DNA of 64,000 nucleotides from Candidatus Omnitrophota bacterium (GTDB taxonomy: Bacteria; Omnitrophota; Omnitrophia; Omnitrophales; JACQQS01), in NCBI GenBank assembly GCA_016206925.1, contig JACQQS010000070.1, positions 1,899 to 65,898 on the forward strand, written 5' to 3'. The position numbers and the translations under genes are program-made. The number at the start of each line of letters is the position of its first letter. The stretch's first letter is position 1. A model generated the notes under the pieces. That model ran no database searches. It saw only the letters and a list, made by a program, of their open reading frames with translations, and was not told where the DNA came from. Of the stretch, positions 18,560 through 27,099 are shown one piece after another.

Positions 18560-19864
18560 ATGGCGCTTCACCTGCTTTTAGGCATTTTGCTGCTTCTCGT
18601 TTGCTCCGCGTTTTTTTCCGGAACCGAAACAGCGATTTTTTCTCTCTCCACCCTTGAGCGAAAACGCCTGTCTGCTCAGCGCTCCCGCCGAAGTACATGG
18701 GTGGAGCGCCTCATTCAATCCCCTGAGCGCACGCTGGTCACCATTCTCATCGGAAACGTTTTGGTCAATACGCTGGCCTTCGTGTTGATTACCCTTATTA
18801 CGTTGCGTTTCCTAGGTGTTCGATGGCTGGGTTTTATGATGGCTTTGTTTACGTTTGTTCTCCTTATGCTTGGAGAGATCCTGCCCAAGGTTTATGCCGT
18901 CCGGCGAAATGAGGAATGGGCGGCATGGGCAGCCGTTCCTTTAAGTGCTTTTGCAGTGGTTATTTGGCCGGCACGCAGGATCGTCCGATTCGTCACAGAC
19001 AGGATAATGAACAGTTTGCTTCGCGTTTCTGAAGCAGGACCAGTCCGCGGTTCCGTGAGCGGCCGGAGCTTGGAAGGGGCGGGCCTCGCTGCTGAAACGG
19101 CAGGCACTTCCCCCGATGCCGTGGTTCATTCCGAAGATGAGCTTAAGACCTTGGTTAGGATTAGCGCCGAGGAAGGTGTGCTTCCCTATGAAGAAACGGA
19201 AATGATCCGGAAGCTTTTGGCGCTTGGCGACAGACAAGTCAAGGAGATTATGACGCCCAGAACTCAAATTGTCAGATTTGACTTGGATGATGATGCTGGC
19301 CAATTGGTGGAAACCATTAGGAAAAATCACGTGAGTTTCATACCCATCTATCAAAAATCCATCGATAATATTATGGGGGTTTTATCTGCTGAAAAGTTCA
19401 TGCTTTCCGATCGTGCTTCCATAAAACCGTTGATTGAGCCCGCGTACTTTGTACCGGAGACGAAGCGCATTGACGAACTCTTTCTGGAATTTCAAAAGGA
19501 CAAACACGATGTTGCTATCGCGGTAGATGAGCACGGTGGCACGGCCGGTTTGGTCACGGATGAGGATATTCTTGAAGAGATTTTCGGCGAGATCTACGAT
19601 GAATATGAAGCACCGCGGCCGATGGTTCAAAAGATTTCTTCGAATGAATTTGTCGTCGACGCAAAAATTTCACTGCGGGAATTTAACGAGTTTTTTAACG
19701 CAAACCTTTTTTCCGAATCGGAAGAAACGCTTGCGGGATTTCTTTTGGAGCGTTTGGGGCATATTCCGGCGCCTGCCGAGCAATTGAAGCAAGATCGATG
19801 GTCATTTTACATTCTTTCGGTTGAGCACCGCCGGATCAATCAAGTGCGGGTGGTTCGCACATGA
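18560..19864 (+). CDS. CNNM/HlyC-CorC family transporter (DUF21 + CBS pair + CorC_HlyC)
   Basis: DUF21 TM domain (FFSGTETAIFSL...GEILPK), a CBS pair (VKEIMTPR...VDEHGGTAGLVTDEDILEEIFGEI.DE) and a C-terminal transporter-associated domain. Confidence 0.85.
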   Translation: MALHLLLGILLLLVCSAFFSGTETAIFSLSTLERKRLSAQRSRRSTWVERLIQSPERTLVTILIGNVLVNTLAFVLITLITLRFLGVRWLGFMMALFTFVLLMLGEILPKVYAVRRNEEWAAWAAVPLSAFAVVIWPARRIVRFVTDRIMNSLLRVSEAGPVRGSVSGRSLEGAGLAAETAGTSPDAVVHSEDELKTLVRISAEEGVLPYEETEMIRKLLALGDRQVKEIMTPRTQIVRFDLDDDAGQLVETIRKNHVSFIPIYQKSIDNIMGVLSAEKFMLSDRASIKPLIEPAYFVPETKRIDELFLEFQKDKHDVAIAVDEHGGTAGLVTDEDILEEIFGEIYDEYEAPRPMVQKISSNEFVVDAKISLREFNEFFNANLFSESEETLAGFLLERLGHIPAPAEQLKQDRWSFYILSVEHRRINQVRVVRT

Positions 19865-20814
19865 TGTTTTCGATCGTTATCATTTTGATCGGCTTTGCCT
19901 CGCTGGCTTTTTTCGCGGGCATCGAGATGTCGTTTGTTTCCTCAAACAAGCTCAAGATGCGCCACAAAGCGGAAAAGGGTTCTCCGTCCGCTCGGATCGT
20001 TGTGGAGATGAGTAACCAGCCGCAGCTTTTCCTGGCTTCCGTTCTTTTGTATCAGAACGTCAGTCACGTTATGCTGACCGCCGCCTTCGCCTATCTGCTG
20101 GAGGAGGCGTTTCATATCAGCGATCCTTTAGTCGACACGGCAATTCTAGCGCCGTTCGTTGTCATTTTTGCCGAAATGTTGCCCAAAGAGGTTTGCAGAC
20201 GAAAGGCAGACGAACTGATTCTTATTTCGGCGCATTTTTTACATTTTTTGTTAAGAGCAACAGCCCCGCTGGTGGATTACGTTATCGGCCTTAGTAATCG
20301 GATTATACGCAAGCTTGAAGGGACGGAACCGAAGCGGAGTGCGTTTGTAAGCCGGAATGAGTTGAAAGCTTTAATACATGAAAGCGCCCGCAAAGGCATT
20401 GTACTTGAACACGAAAGAAGATTAATTGACAAGATCTTTGAGTTTGAGAATCGCCCCGTTTCTGAAATCATGCAGCCGTTGACTGCCGTCAGCCGAATTT
20501 CCATTCACGAAGATATCGGCAGCCTTAAACTTTTGGCGAGGAAAAACAGGAGTGATGCATTTTGGGCAGTCGCTTATGAAAATGAAGTCGCAAATGTCGT
20601 CGGCATCGTGCACTTGTTTGACGTTCTGTTTGAGGAAAACGAGAGCACGGCAATCCGGCCATTTGTCCGGATGCCGCTTTTCATACGCAGTACCACGTCT
20701 ACCGAAGAAGCTTTCCTTTTGCTGCAATCGAAGCGCCAAACAAAGGCCGTCGTTATCGATAATTCCAGCCGGGCGGTCGGAATGATCACCATACACGGTC
20801 TCATTCAGTTTTGA
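19861..20814 (+). CDS. CNNM-like DUF21 + CBS-pair membrane protein (no CorC_HlyC domain)
   Basis: ATGA overlap with the upstream paralog. FFAGIEMSFVS...AEMLPKE and a CBS pair (VSEIMQP...). It ends before a CorC_HlyC domain. Confidence 0.8.
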   Translation: MMFSIVIILIGFASLAFFAGIEMSFVSSNKLKMRHKAEKGSPSARIVVEMSNQPQLFLASVLLYQNVSHVMLTAAFAYLLEEAFHISDPLVDTAILAPFVVIFAEMLPKEVCRRKADELILISAHFLHFLLRATAPLVDYVIGLSNRIIRKLEGTEPKRSAFVSRNELKALIHESARKGIVLEHERRLIDKIFEFENRPVSEIMQPLTAVSRISIHEDIGSLKLLARKNRSDAFWAVAYENEVANVVGIVHLFDVLFEENESTAIRPFVRMPLFIRSTTSTEEAFLLLQSKRQTKAVVIDNSSRAVGMITIHGLIQF

Positions 20815-20889
20815 AACAGTTTTTCCGAAATGCAAATACTTTCTCCGCCAGAGCCTTTTAAAAAATCTGAATTTTACTAAAACTTTGGC

Positions 20890-20918
20890 TTGACTCCACT
20901 TAGAGCCCGTTATAAAAT
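20890..20918 (+). promoter_or_regulatory. Promoter candidate for the ParA-CBM48 operon
   Basis: TTGACT (20890-20895), 17-nt spacer, TAAAAT (20913-20918). Confidence 0.35.
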
Positions 20919-20945
20919 CCATTCCGCTTACGAAAAAGGTGCCTT

Positions 20946-22463
20946 TTGCGCGTCCTTGCCATTTGTAATCAAAAAGGTGGCTGTGGTAAGACGACTACAA
21001 GTATTAACTTAGGGGCATCGCTTTCCTTCCTGGGGAAAAAAATCCTCCTCATAGATTTTGATCCGCAAGCTCACTCCACGATCGGACTCGGTGTAAAGGC
21101 GGAAGAGCTGGAGCAGAGCATTTTTGATGTTCTAAATCCTGAAAGCGCTAAACGCCCCACATTACAGGACATCACCATTCAGGTTGAGAAAAACCTTTGG
21201 TTGGCCCCCTCTCAAATTGTGTTGACGGCTATCGAGCAGCAGCTGGCGGGAGTGCCAAAGCGCGAAGAATATCTGTGGTCTGCCTTAAGCCGTGTACAAA
21301 AGAACTACGATTTTGTTCTGATTGATTGCCCGCCAAATCTGGGTCTTCTTACGTTTAATGCGCTTCGGGCAGCGGGCGAGGCTATCATAACTATCGAGCC
21401 TAGTTCCTTTTCGGTACATGGATTGGTGAAAGTCAATGAGACCATCAATGTATTGAAAGAGCAAATCCAGCATTCGGTTACCGTGCATGCTTTATTGACC
21501 ATGCTTGACAACCGGAACAAGTTTTCCAGAGAAATGGTAGATCAAATTCGGGACATATACCGTGATCGTGTTTTGAGAACGGTGATTCGGAATAACATAC
21601 GGTTGAGGGAAGCCGCACAGGCGGGGCGGCCTATTACAAGATTCGATCGTCACTCTACCGGTTTTCACGATTATCTGAGCTTGGCATCCGAGATGATCGA
21701 ACGTGGCGCGAAGCGACAAACAGCGGATGTGAGTGTACTGAGGGCTGAAGAAGAAAGGCTTGCGAAATTGCTCACCGAACGGGATACAGACAAGTTAGAA
21801 ACATCTCCGTCCGAAGAAGAAAGAATTTTAGATAGCGCATCAGGCGAAAAAGTTGTTGAGGATGAAGAGTCAAGTGAAGAGCAGCTTACGATTTGTTCCG
21901 GAGGGGAAATCGGCGGAGAAGGGGAAACCGAAGAATCAAACGCAGTGTCGGAACCGGCTTCCGTTGAAACCGTTGCGGAGCAGCATTCACCTATTAAGAA
22001 AGAAGACGTGCTTTTTCAAAAAGAACCTCTTACTTCAAAAGGTGTTTCCTTACCGGATACATGCTCTAAAGTAGAGGATTCCGAACCTGTAGAATCTCAA
22101 AATCCCGATGTGACTACCGGAAAAGAAGAGAGACCTCGGGAAAAATCTCCCGCGGTTTCACCGCTTCTGCCCATAAAGGGAATACGCAAGTACCCGTTAA
22201 AGGTTTCGGGAGGATATCTTTTTATTTGCAAGTGTCCCGGGGCAAAAGCAGTGCAGATTGTCGGGGATTTCACGAACTGGATTGCGGTAAATATGAATTC
22301 GCCCGGCGGAAAAAGCGGGTTCTGGACGCGCGTTTTTTCACTAACCCCCGGCTCACACAAGTATAAATTCATTGTAGATGGTGAATGGGTAAACGATATA
22401 AACAACTCGAACTACCAGCGTAACCCCTACGGCGGCATTGATTCTATAGTTGGAGTGCCTTAG
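20946..22463 (+). CDS. ParA/Soj-family ATPase fused via an acidic linker to a CBM48/AMPK-beta-type glycogen-binding module
   Basis: TTG start. Residues 1-255 are ParA/Soj (deviant Walker A NQKGGCGKTTTS, DFDPQAHST, Walker B VLIDCPPNLG). Residues ~256-415 are an E/S/P-rich linker. Residues ~420-505 (YLFICKCPGAKAVQIVGDFTNW...GFWTRVFSLTPGSHKYKFIVDGEWVND) match the AMPK-beta GBD pattern (V.L.GSFNNW...L.EG.H.YKF.VDG.W..D). Confidence 0.85.
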   Translation: MRVLAICNQKGGCGKTTTSINLGASLSFLGKKILLIDFDPQAHSTIGLGVKAEELEQSIFDVLNPESAKRPTLQDITIQVEKNLWLAPSQIVLTAIEQQLAGVPKREEYLWSALSRVQKNYDFVLIDCPPNLGLLTFNALRAAGEAIITIEPSSFSVHGLVKVNETINVLKEQIQHSVTVHALLTMLDNRNKFSREMVDQIRDIYRDRVLRTVIRNNIRLREAAQAGRPITRFDRHSTGFHDYLSLASEMIERGAKRQTADVSVLRAEEERLAKLLTERDTDKLETSPSEEERILDSASGEKVVEDEESSEEQLTICSGGEIGGEGETEESNAVSEPASVETVAEQHSPIKKEDVLFQKEPLTSKGVSLPDTCSKVEDSEPVESQNPDVTTGKEERPREKSPAVSPLLPIKGIRKYPLKVSGGYLFICKCPGAKAVQIVGDFTNWIAVNMNSPGGKSGFWTRVFSLTPGSHKYKFIVDGEWVNDINNSNYQRNPYGGIDSIVGVP

Positions 22464-22466
22464 ACC

Positions 22467-23195
22467 ATGGAAGAGGTTGTGCGTTCTTCTTCCTCGAAGA
22501 ACCCTCGAACAATCAGAGAAGTTTCCCACCTTTTTCTTTCTTCCGTTTCCCATGAAACAGAGAAAGTTACACGAATGCCGTTGATGAGCTGTTATGTAAC
22601 CAGGAATGTCAAGGACGTGAATCGGGCGATCCGGGAGACCGTTCTGTTGCTCCGTGACGGGGAGAAGCTTGTTTATGTCGGCTGCCTGGATGAGAACCCT
22701 TTTCATTTGAAGTCAGCCGCCGAGTTTGAGGTTCTTCAAGTTTCCAGCAGTAGACTCCTCGATTTTCATGCAGCGAAAGAAGCCGTTTCGCTTTCATCTA
22801 AAGTGCTGCCGGAGTATTTCTTTTTAACATTTAGCGAGAATGATTGCGCCTTGCTGGATCCGCTCTTTAGCATGATCAGCATTTATTTGGTTATCCTGCC
22901 ATCTACCGGTCGGGATATAACGGAAGCATACAAATTTATGAAAGCCATAAGCTCGCTCGGCAGTCGTACAAACTGGTTTTTCCGTTTCCACCCGGAAGAA
23001 TCGGTTACCGTAAGCCAGCGGATTGGAGAAGCCTATCAAAAATTTTCGGAAAAATTCTTGCGTGTACCGATCCAAATCTTGCACTCGGGAATACCGGGTG
23101 CGCTCAGACATTGGCAGCATGTACTGACCGAGCCGAATCCGGATTTGGTTCGTGAGCAAAGCCGTCTATTAAGCAGGATTTTTGAGGATGCCTGA
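22467..23195 (+). CDS. Hypothetical protein; possible P-loop-less MinD/ParA-fold relative
   Basis: It starts 3 nt after the ParA-CBM48 stop. The C-terminal two thirds resemble the MinD/ParA core after Walker B (EYFFLTFS....LLDPLFSMISIYLVILPSTGRDITEAYKFMKAI...FL.VPIQILHSGIP). No KGGxGK(T/S) is present. This is by-eye inference only. Confidence 0.45.
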   Translation: MEEVVRSSSSKNPRTIREVSHLFLSSVSHETEKVTRMPLMSCYVTRNVKDVNRAIRETVLLLRDGEKLVYVGCLDENPFHLKSAAEFEVLQVSSSRLLDFHAAKEAVSLSSKVLPEYFFLTFSENDCALLDPLFSMISIYLVILPSTGRDITEAYKFMKAISSLGSRTNWFFRFHPEESVTVSQRIGEAYQKFSEKFLRVPIQILHSGIPGALRHWQHVLTEPNPDLVREQSRLLSRIFEDA

Positions 23196-23883
23196 ATCTA
23201 TTCTGGTTTTCCGAAAACAAACGGCGGAACTCAAAGGTACGGACGCCGATTTGGCATTAAGCTGTGCGGCAGAGTATCTTGATGAGCCATTGCATGCCCA
23301 TCCGGTCGCAACATTTAGCAGCGGGTGCTGTCTTAGCGTCTCACGCACCAAAGGCATTCTCCTGGTGTATTTCTTTAAGAATCCTTCGCTTTTCCTTGGT
23401 AAACTCGGTTCGATGTTGAACGATTACGCCAAGACTTTGAAACTTCGGCATGAGATTTTGGCCAAATATCCTTATTTATCCGCTTCTACCTTGGAAGAAA
23501 AAATAAATGTTTATGTTTTTGTCCCGTCTTTTGAGGAAGATTGGTCCGAAGTCGCCGCTTTGATTCGCATTCCGCTGGAGATCATACCCTTCAGTATCGT
23601 TACTTCACGTAATCAGCAGGCCATTGTACTGGAAAATGGTAGAACCATTCCGCATGGTCAACTTCCGCCCTTGGCGCATTCTTTCGAAGCGGCTAAGGCG
23701 GCGGCGGTTCTATCGCAGCAAGAAGAGTGGGAGCGAGAAATAGTACAGCCGAAACAGCCTTCAACAGCTCTGGAGAGTTACTTCCAGCGAGCCAAGCTGA
23801 ACAGCGAAGAGATAAAATCACTGCTTGATTTTGAGCTGCAGCTTGAGAATATCAAGTCGTCTACTTCTCAAATTTCCGTCTAA
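23182..23883 (+). CDS. Hypothetical protein (233 aa), third gene of the ParA-CBM48 operon
   Basis: It overlaps the upstream gene by 14 nt. I recognise no family. The C-terminus is E/Q-rich. Confidence 0.45.
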   Translation: MRMPESILVFRKQTAELKGTDADLALSCAAEYLDEPLHAHPVATFSSGCCLSVSRTKGILLVYFFKNPSLFLGKLGSMLNDYAKTLKLRHEILAKYPYLSASTLEEKINVYVFVPSFEEDWSEVAALIRIPLEIIPFSIVTSRNQQAIVLENGRTIPHGQLPPLAHSFEAAKAAAVLSQQEEWEREIVQPKQPSTALESYFQRAKLNSEEIKSLLDFELQLENIKSSTSQISV

Positions 23884-23930
23884 TTCCTCCTGCCAAAAAT
23901 TCTTCTGGGGTATTCAAACAAATATGATAG

Positions 23931-23961
23931 AATGCAAATCCATCTTGCATTTTCATTTTTT
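23931..23961 (+). terminator. Rho-independent terminator candidate closing the ParA-CBM48 operon
   Basis: ATGCAA / TTGCAT stem (6 bp) with loop ATCCATC, followed by TTTCATTTTTTT. Confidence 0.5.
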
Positions 23962-24017
23962 TGGTGTTGATAAATCAGGATCGTTAGAGCGGCATCTTTA
24001 TCTGAGAGACATCTGGA

Positions 24018-24740
24018 ATGGACACATCATTCAAGGGCACATTCATATCGACATTGAAGCAAGCGCAGGTCTTGGATAAGGAAATCTACGATCTCAGTGC
24101 CATGGTTGAAAATATTCCCAAGGAACTCAATGCGCTCAACGAAGATTTCCGGATACGGAAGGCCACCCTCGAAAGCCTAACCCAGGAATTGCGAGCGCTC
24201 CAGCTCAAGCACAAAGAGTTGGATAATGATCTCAAAGCACGCGAAGCTAACGTAACGAAATTGGATGCGCAGCTTTCTCAGGTTAAAACCAACAAAGAAT
24301 ATGCGGCTTTACAGCAGGAGATCAGAGCGCTCAAAGCGGACATTTCTTTGGTAGAAGAGAAGATCATATTGCTGTTCGACGAAATAGATGCCCAGCAGGC
24401 TAAAGTAAATCTCGAGAAAGAACGATTGAATCAGGAAGAAGCGGTTCTTACCCGAAAGAAGAAGGAGATTGAGGAACAAAAAGCCAAATCCCTTGAGCGG
24501 ATCAAGGATCTTACCACGCAGAGAGCCGATATTTTGAAGCAGGTTGACCGAGAAATCGTCAACCGGTATGAAAGTATAGTTAAACATAAAGACGGCTTGG
24601 CTCTATCACCCCTTCAGGATGAGAATTGCGGTGTTTGTCAAATGACCATTCGGCCGCAGGTGCAAAATGAAGTGCGATTGGCCGGAAGACTGGTCTTTTG
24701 CGAAAGTTGCGGCCGCATTCTTTACGCCGACAACGCTTGA
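24018..24740 (+). CDS. COG1579/DUF164 coiled-coil protein with a C4 zinc ribbon
   Basis: A long coiled coil followed by C-terminal CGVCQM....(18)....FCESCGRILY, as in the zf-RING_7/COG1579 family. Confidence 0.8.
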   Translation: MDTSFKGTFISTLKQAQVLDKEIYDLSAMVENIPKELNALNEDFRIRKATLESLTQELRALQLKHKELDNDLKAREANVTKLDAQLSQVKTNKEYAALQQEIRALKADISLVEEKIILLFDEIDAQQAKVNLEKERLNQEEAVLTRKKKEIEEQKAKSLERIKDLTTQRADILKQVDREIVNRYESIVKHKDGLALSPLQDENCGVCQMTIRPQVQNEVRLAGRLVFCESCGRILYADNA

Positions 24741-24926
24741 AGTTAAGTTAAAACATCCTCCGTTTTTACCTCTGGCCCCAATTTCACGGGTATTCCCTCA
24801 AGATTTTTTCTCCCAACGTCGATGATTGAATTGCATCATTAATCCCCACATTTTGTGCTCTTTGATAAAAAGGATACAGCTTATTGAGCTGTGCATACTG
24901 AATACAAGGCGATTCTAAAGAGCCTA

Positions 24927-24955
24927 TTGACAACAACTTAGAGCTAAGTTATTAT
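24927..24955 (+). promoter_or_regulatory. dcw (mraZ) promoter candidate
   Basis: TTGACA (24927-24932), 17-nt spacer, TATTAT (24950-24955). Confidence 0.5.
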
Positions 24956-24963
24956 CTCCCAAA

Positions 24964-24993
24964 AAATGGTGTATTGTGGGGAATTGTGGAGAA
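24964..24993 (+). promoter_or_regulatory. Putative MraZ operator: three TGGNG boxes phased at 10 nt
   Basis: TGGTG (24967), TGGGG (24977) and TGGAG (24987). The last two lie in a perfect ATTGTGG(G/A)GAA repeat. The boxes sit between the -10 element and the mraZ ATG (25002). Confidence 0.45.
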
Positions 24994-25001
24994 TACTCTA
25001 A

Positions 25002-25457
25002 ATGTTCTACGGTGAATATGAACATGCTCTCGATGCCAAAGACCGCGTTATTATTCCGGCAAAGTTCCGCGAGGTATTCAAGGAACAGTATGCTGAAAAA
25101 TTCTATATGACACGGGGGCTTGATCGGTGCCTGTTTCTATTCATCGAAGAGGAGTGGCGCATCCAGGAAAAAAAACTGAAGTTGCTCTCGTTCACGCGGG
25201 AGCAAGCGCGTGCTTTTAACCGTTTATTTTTCTCTGGTGCAAGCGAAGTGACTTGCGATAAGCAGGGGAGAATTCTGATTCCCCAATATTTGAAGAAGTA
25301 CGCCGGCATCAATGAGCAAGTGATGATTATCGGGGTAACCAATCGAGTAGAAATCTGGGATAAAAACACGTGGGGAAATTTCAGCCAGAAGCATCTTGGA
25401 TCTTATGAAACGCTGGCGGAAAAACTTCTAGAAGGAGAGGGAGGACAGCCTGCATGA
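25002..25457 (+). CDS. mraZ: Division/cell-wall cluster transcriptional regulator MraZ
   Basis: MFYGEYEH.LD.KDRVIIPAKFR and a second SpoVT-AbrB half (CDKQGRILIPQ.L...AGI) are the MraZ duplicated-domain signature. Confidence 0.95.
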   Translation: MFYGEYEHALDAKDRVIIPAKFREVFKEQYAEKFYMTRGLDRCLFLFIEEEWRIQEKKLKLLSFTREQARAFNRLFFSGASEVTCDKQGRILIPQYLKKYAGINEQVMIIGVTNRVEIWDKNTWGNFSQKHLGSYETLAEKLLEGEGGQPA

Positions 25458-25798
25458 AGCCAAGAGTTATCCGAAAAGATTCTTCCGTAAACGTTTTTGT
25501 CTGTAACGGTGATTTAGATGCGCCGCACATGACTCGCATAAGCCACAAAGTTTCCCGCCTAATGCATCGAAGACATATCAACGTTCTTCTGGATTTACGC
25601 AAAGCGCGTTTTGTGGATCTGGCGAGTCTCGGTATTCTGGTGGATCGTCTTCGAAAAATACGCCAGCGGGAGGGCGATATTCGCTTGTGCAATCTTCGGC
25701 CTCGTGTTTCCGAAACGCTCAGACTGGTTGGTTTAAACGGATTGATTCAATCGTTTGGCACACGAGAGGAGGCTTTAGAGAGTTTTCATTTTGCATGA
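25454..25798 (+). CDS. STAS-domain protein (anti-sigma-factor antagonist-like)
   Basis: ATGA overlap with the mraZ stop and an 8-nt overlap with the rsmH start. STAS pattern: V.V..GDLD......I......L......NVLLDL....FVDLASLGILV....K....EGDIRLCNLRP.V.ETLRLVGL...I. Confidence 0.8.
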   Translation: MKPRVIRKDSSVNVFVCNGDLDAPHMTRISHKVSRLMHRRHINVLLDLRKARFVDLASLGILVDRLRKIRQREGDIRLCNLRPRVSETLRLVGLNGLIQSFGTREEALESFHFA

Positions 25799-26663
25799 GC
25801 CCGTTTTAGTTACCGAGGTTATTCAAGGGCTGGCGCTTCGCCCGGGGCAAATCGTGGTTGATCTAACGGCAGGGAGTGGCGGACATGCCGAAAAGCTGCT
25901 TGAGATTGTGGGGAGTCTGGGGCAGTTGATTTTAGTTGACCGGGATCCGGATGCGATAGAACGATGCCGGGAACGTCTGCGCGATAAGCGCGATAGGGTG
26001 AAAATCTGTAGAGCTGCTTTTTCTGAATGTGGGCGGGTTCTTTCACAACTCCATGTCGAAAAGGTTCACGGAATTTTGATCGATCTTGGCGTTTCCCGCG
26101 AGCAGTTGGAGGGTCCTTCACGCGGATTTAGCTTCATGCGGGAAGGTCCGCTCGATATGCGCATGGATCCAAATCTCCCCGTGTCTGCGGCTGATCTGGT
26201 GCGGACTTTACCGGAAGGAGACTTGGCTGATGCTATTTGGCGCTACGGAGAGGAGCGTTTTTCGCGGCGCATAGCTCGTGCAATTTGCAAGGAGCGGGAG
26301 AAAGCGTCTATCGATTCCACAAAAACCCTCGCGGATATTGTCAGTAAAGCCGTCGGCAGAAGAGGGAAAATTCATCCGGCCACAAGGGTTTTTCAAGCCT
26401 TGCGCATTTTGGTGAATCAAGAGTTGACCGAGCTTGAAACGGTTTTGCCGGTTGCGGTCGAGCGATTGGTCACCGGGGGCCGGCTGGCCGTAATTGCTTA
26501 TCATTCGCTGGAAGACCGGATCGTGAAAAAGTTTTTCAGGAAAGAGAAAGAAACGGGACAAATTTTTTTAGTCAACAAGAAACCGGTCACTGCTTCGCGA
26601 ACCGAGATCGAACAGAATCCTTCGGCGCGAAGCGCCAAGCTTAGAATTGTAGCGAGGTCATAA
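25791..26663 (+). CDS. rsmH: 16S rRNA (cytosine1402-N4)-methyltransferase
   Basis: HEPVL..EV...L, VDLT.G.GGHAE.LL, DLGVS..QL and FSF...GPLDMRMD are the RsmH/MraW signature. TTG start. Confidence 0.95.
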   Translation: MHEPVLVTEVIQGLALRPGQIVVDLTAGSGGHAEKLLEIVGSLGQLILVDRDPDAIERCRERLRDKRDRVKICRAAFSECGRVLSQLHVEKVHGILIDLGVSREQLEGPSRGFSFMREGPLDMRMDPNLPVSAADLVRTLPEGDLADAIWRYGEERFSRRIARAICKEREKASIDSTKTLADIVSKAVGRRGKIHPATRVFQALRILVNQELTELETVLPVAVERLVTGGRLAVIAYHSLEDRIVKKFFRKEKETGQIFLVNKKPVTASRTEIEQNPSARSAKLRIVARS

Positions 26664-26664
26664 A

Positions 26665-27048
26665 TTGAGCGCCAACGCGGCAAAAAAGGTGGCAGCCATC
26701 GTAGCGCTTTCCTCCCTGGCCATGCTTGGCTTTGTCGTATTGCGGACAGAAATGCTTGAACGGTCTTACGCAATACAGGAGTGCGGCAGGGAATTAAGAG
26801 AAAGCCGCGAGCATTTGCGGGTACTTCAATTTGAGGTTGGCCAGAAAAAGGCGCTGGCGAATCTGGACTCCATCAGCAATCGTTTGTCTAGTAGCCTTTC
26901 ACGGCCCGCACGTGTAAATCATCTGGTCATACAAAACGTCCAAACGCCGGTCATCGAACCGCAAAACCTGGCGTTTCCGCAGAACTTTTTCTCCTTGTTT
27001 AGCGTGGTTCCCGAAGCTTTTGCGAAGAGCGATGATAAAACCTCTTAG
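26665..27048 (+). CDS. FtsL-like small bitopic division protein
   Basis: Called from its position between rsmH and ftsI, a single N-terminal TM helix (VAAIVALSSLAMLGFVVL) and a following short coiled coil. Sequence alone is not diagnostic. Confidence 0.5.
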   Translation: MSANAAKKVAAIVALSSLAMLGFVVLRTEMLERSYAIQECGRELRESREHLRVLQFEVGQKKALANLDSISNRLSSSLSRPARVNHLVIQNVQTPVIEPQNLAFPQNFFSLFSVVPEAFAKSDDKTS

Positions 27049-27099
27049 ACGGATGTAGCCTTTCCGCCACGGTTCGAAAAATCCAAGACAAGGTCTTAC

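Noticed and set aside
22515-22562. FLSSVSHETEK in ORF 22467..23195 resembles a histidine-kinase H-box (F..VSHE(L)(R)(T)P).
   Set aside because: The H-box match is incomplete (no LRTP), and there is no HATPase_c domain or TM/sensor region. The rest of the protein looks MinD/ParA-like. I treat the resemblance as coincidental.
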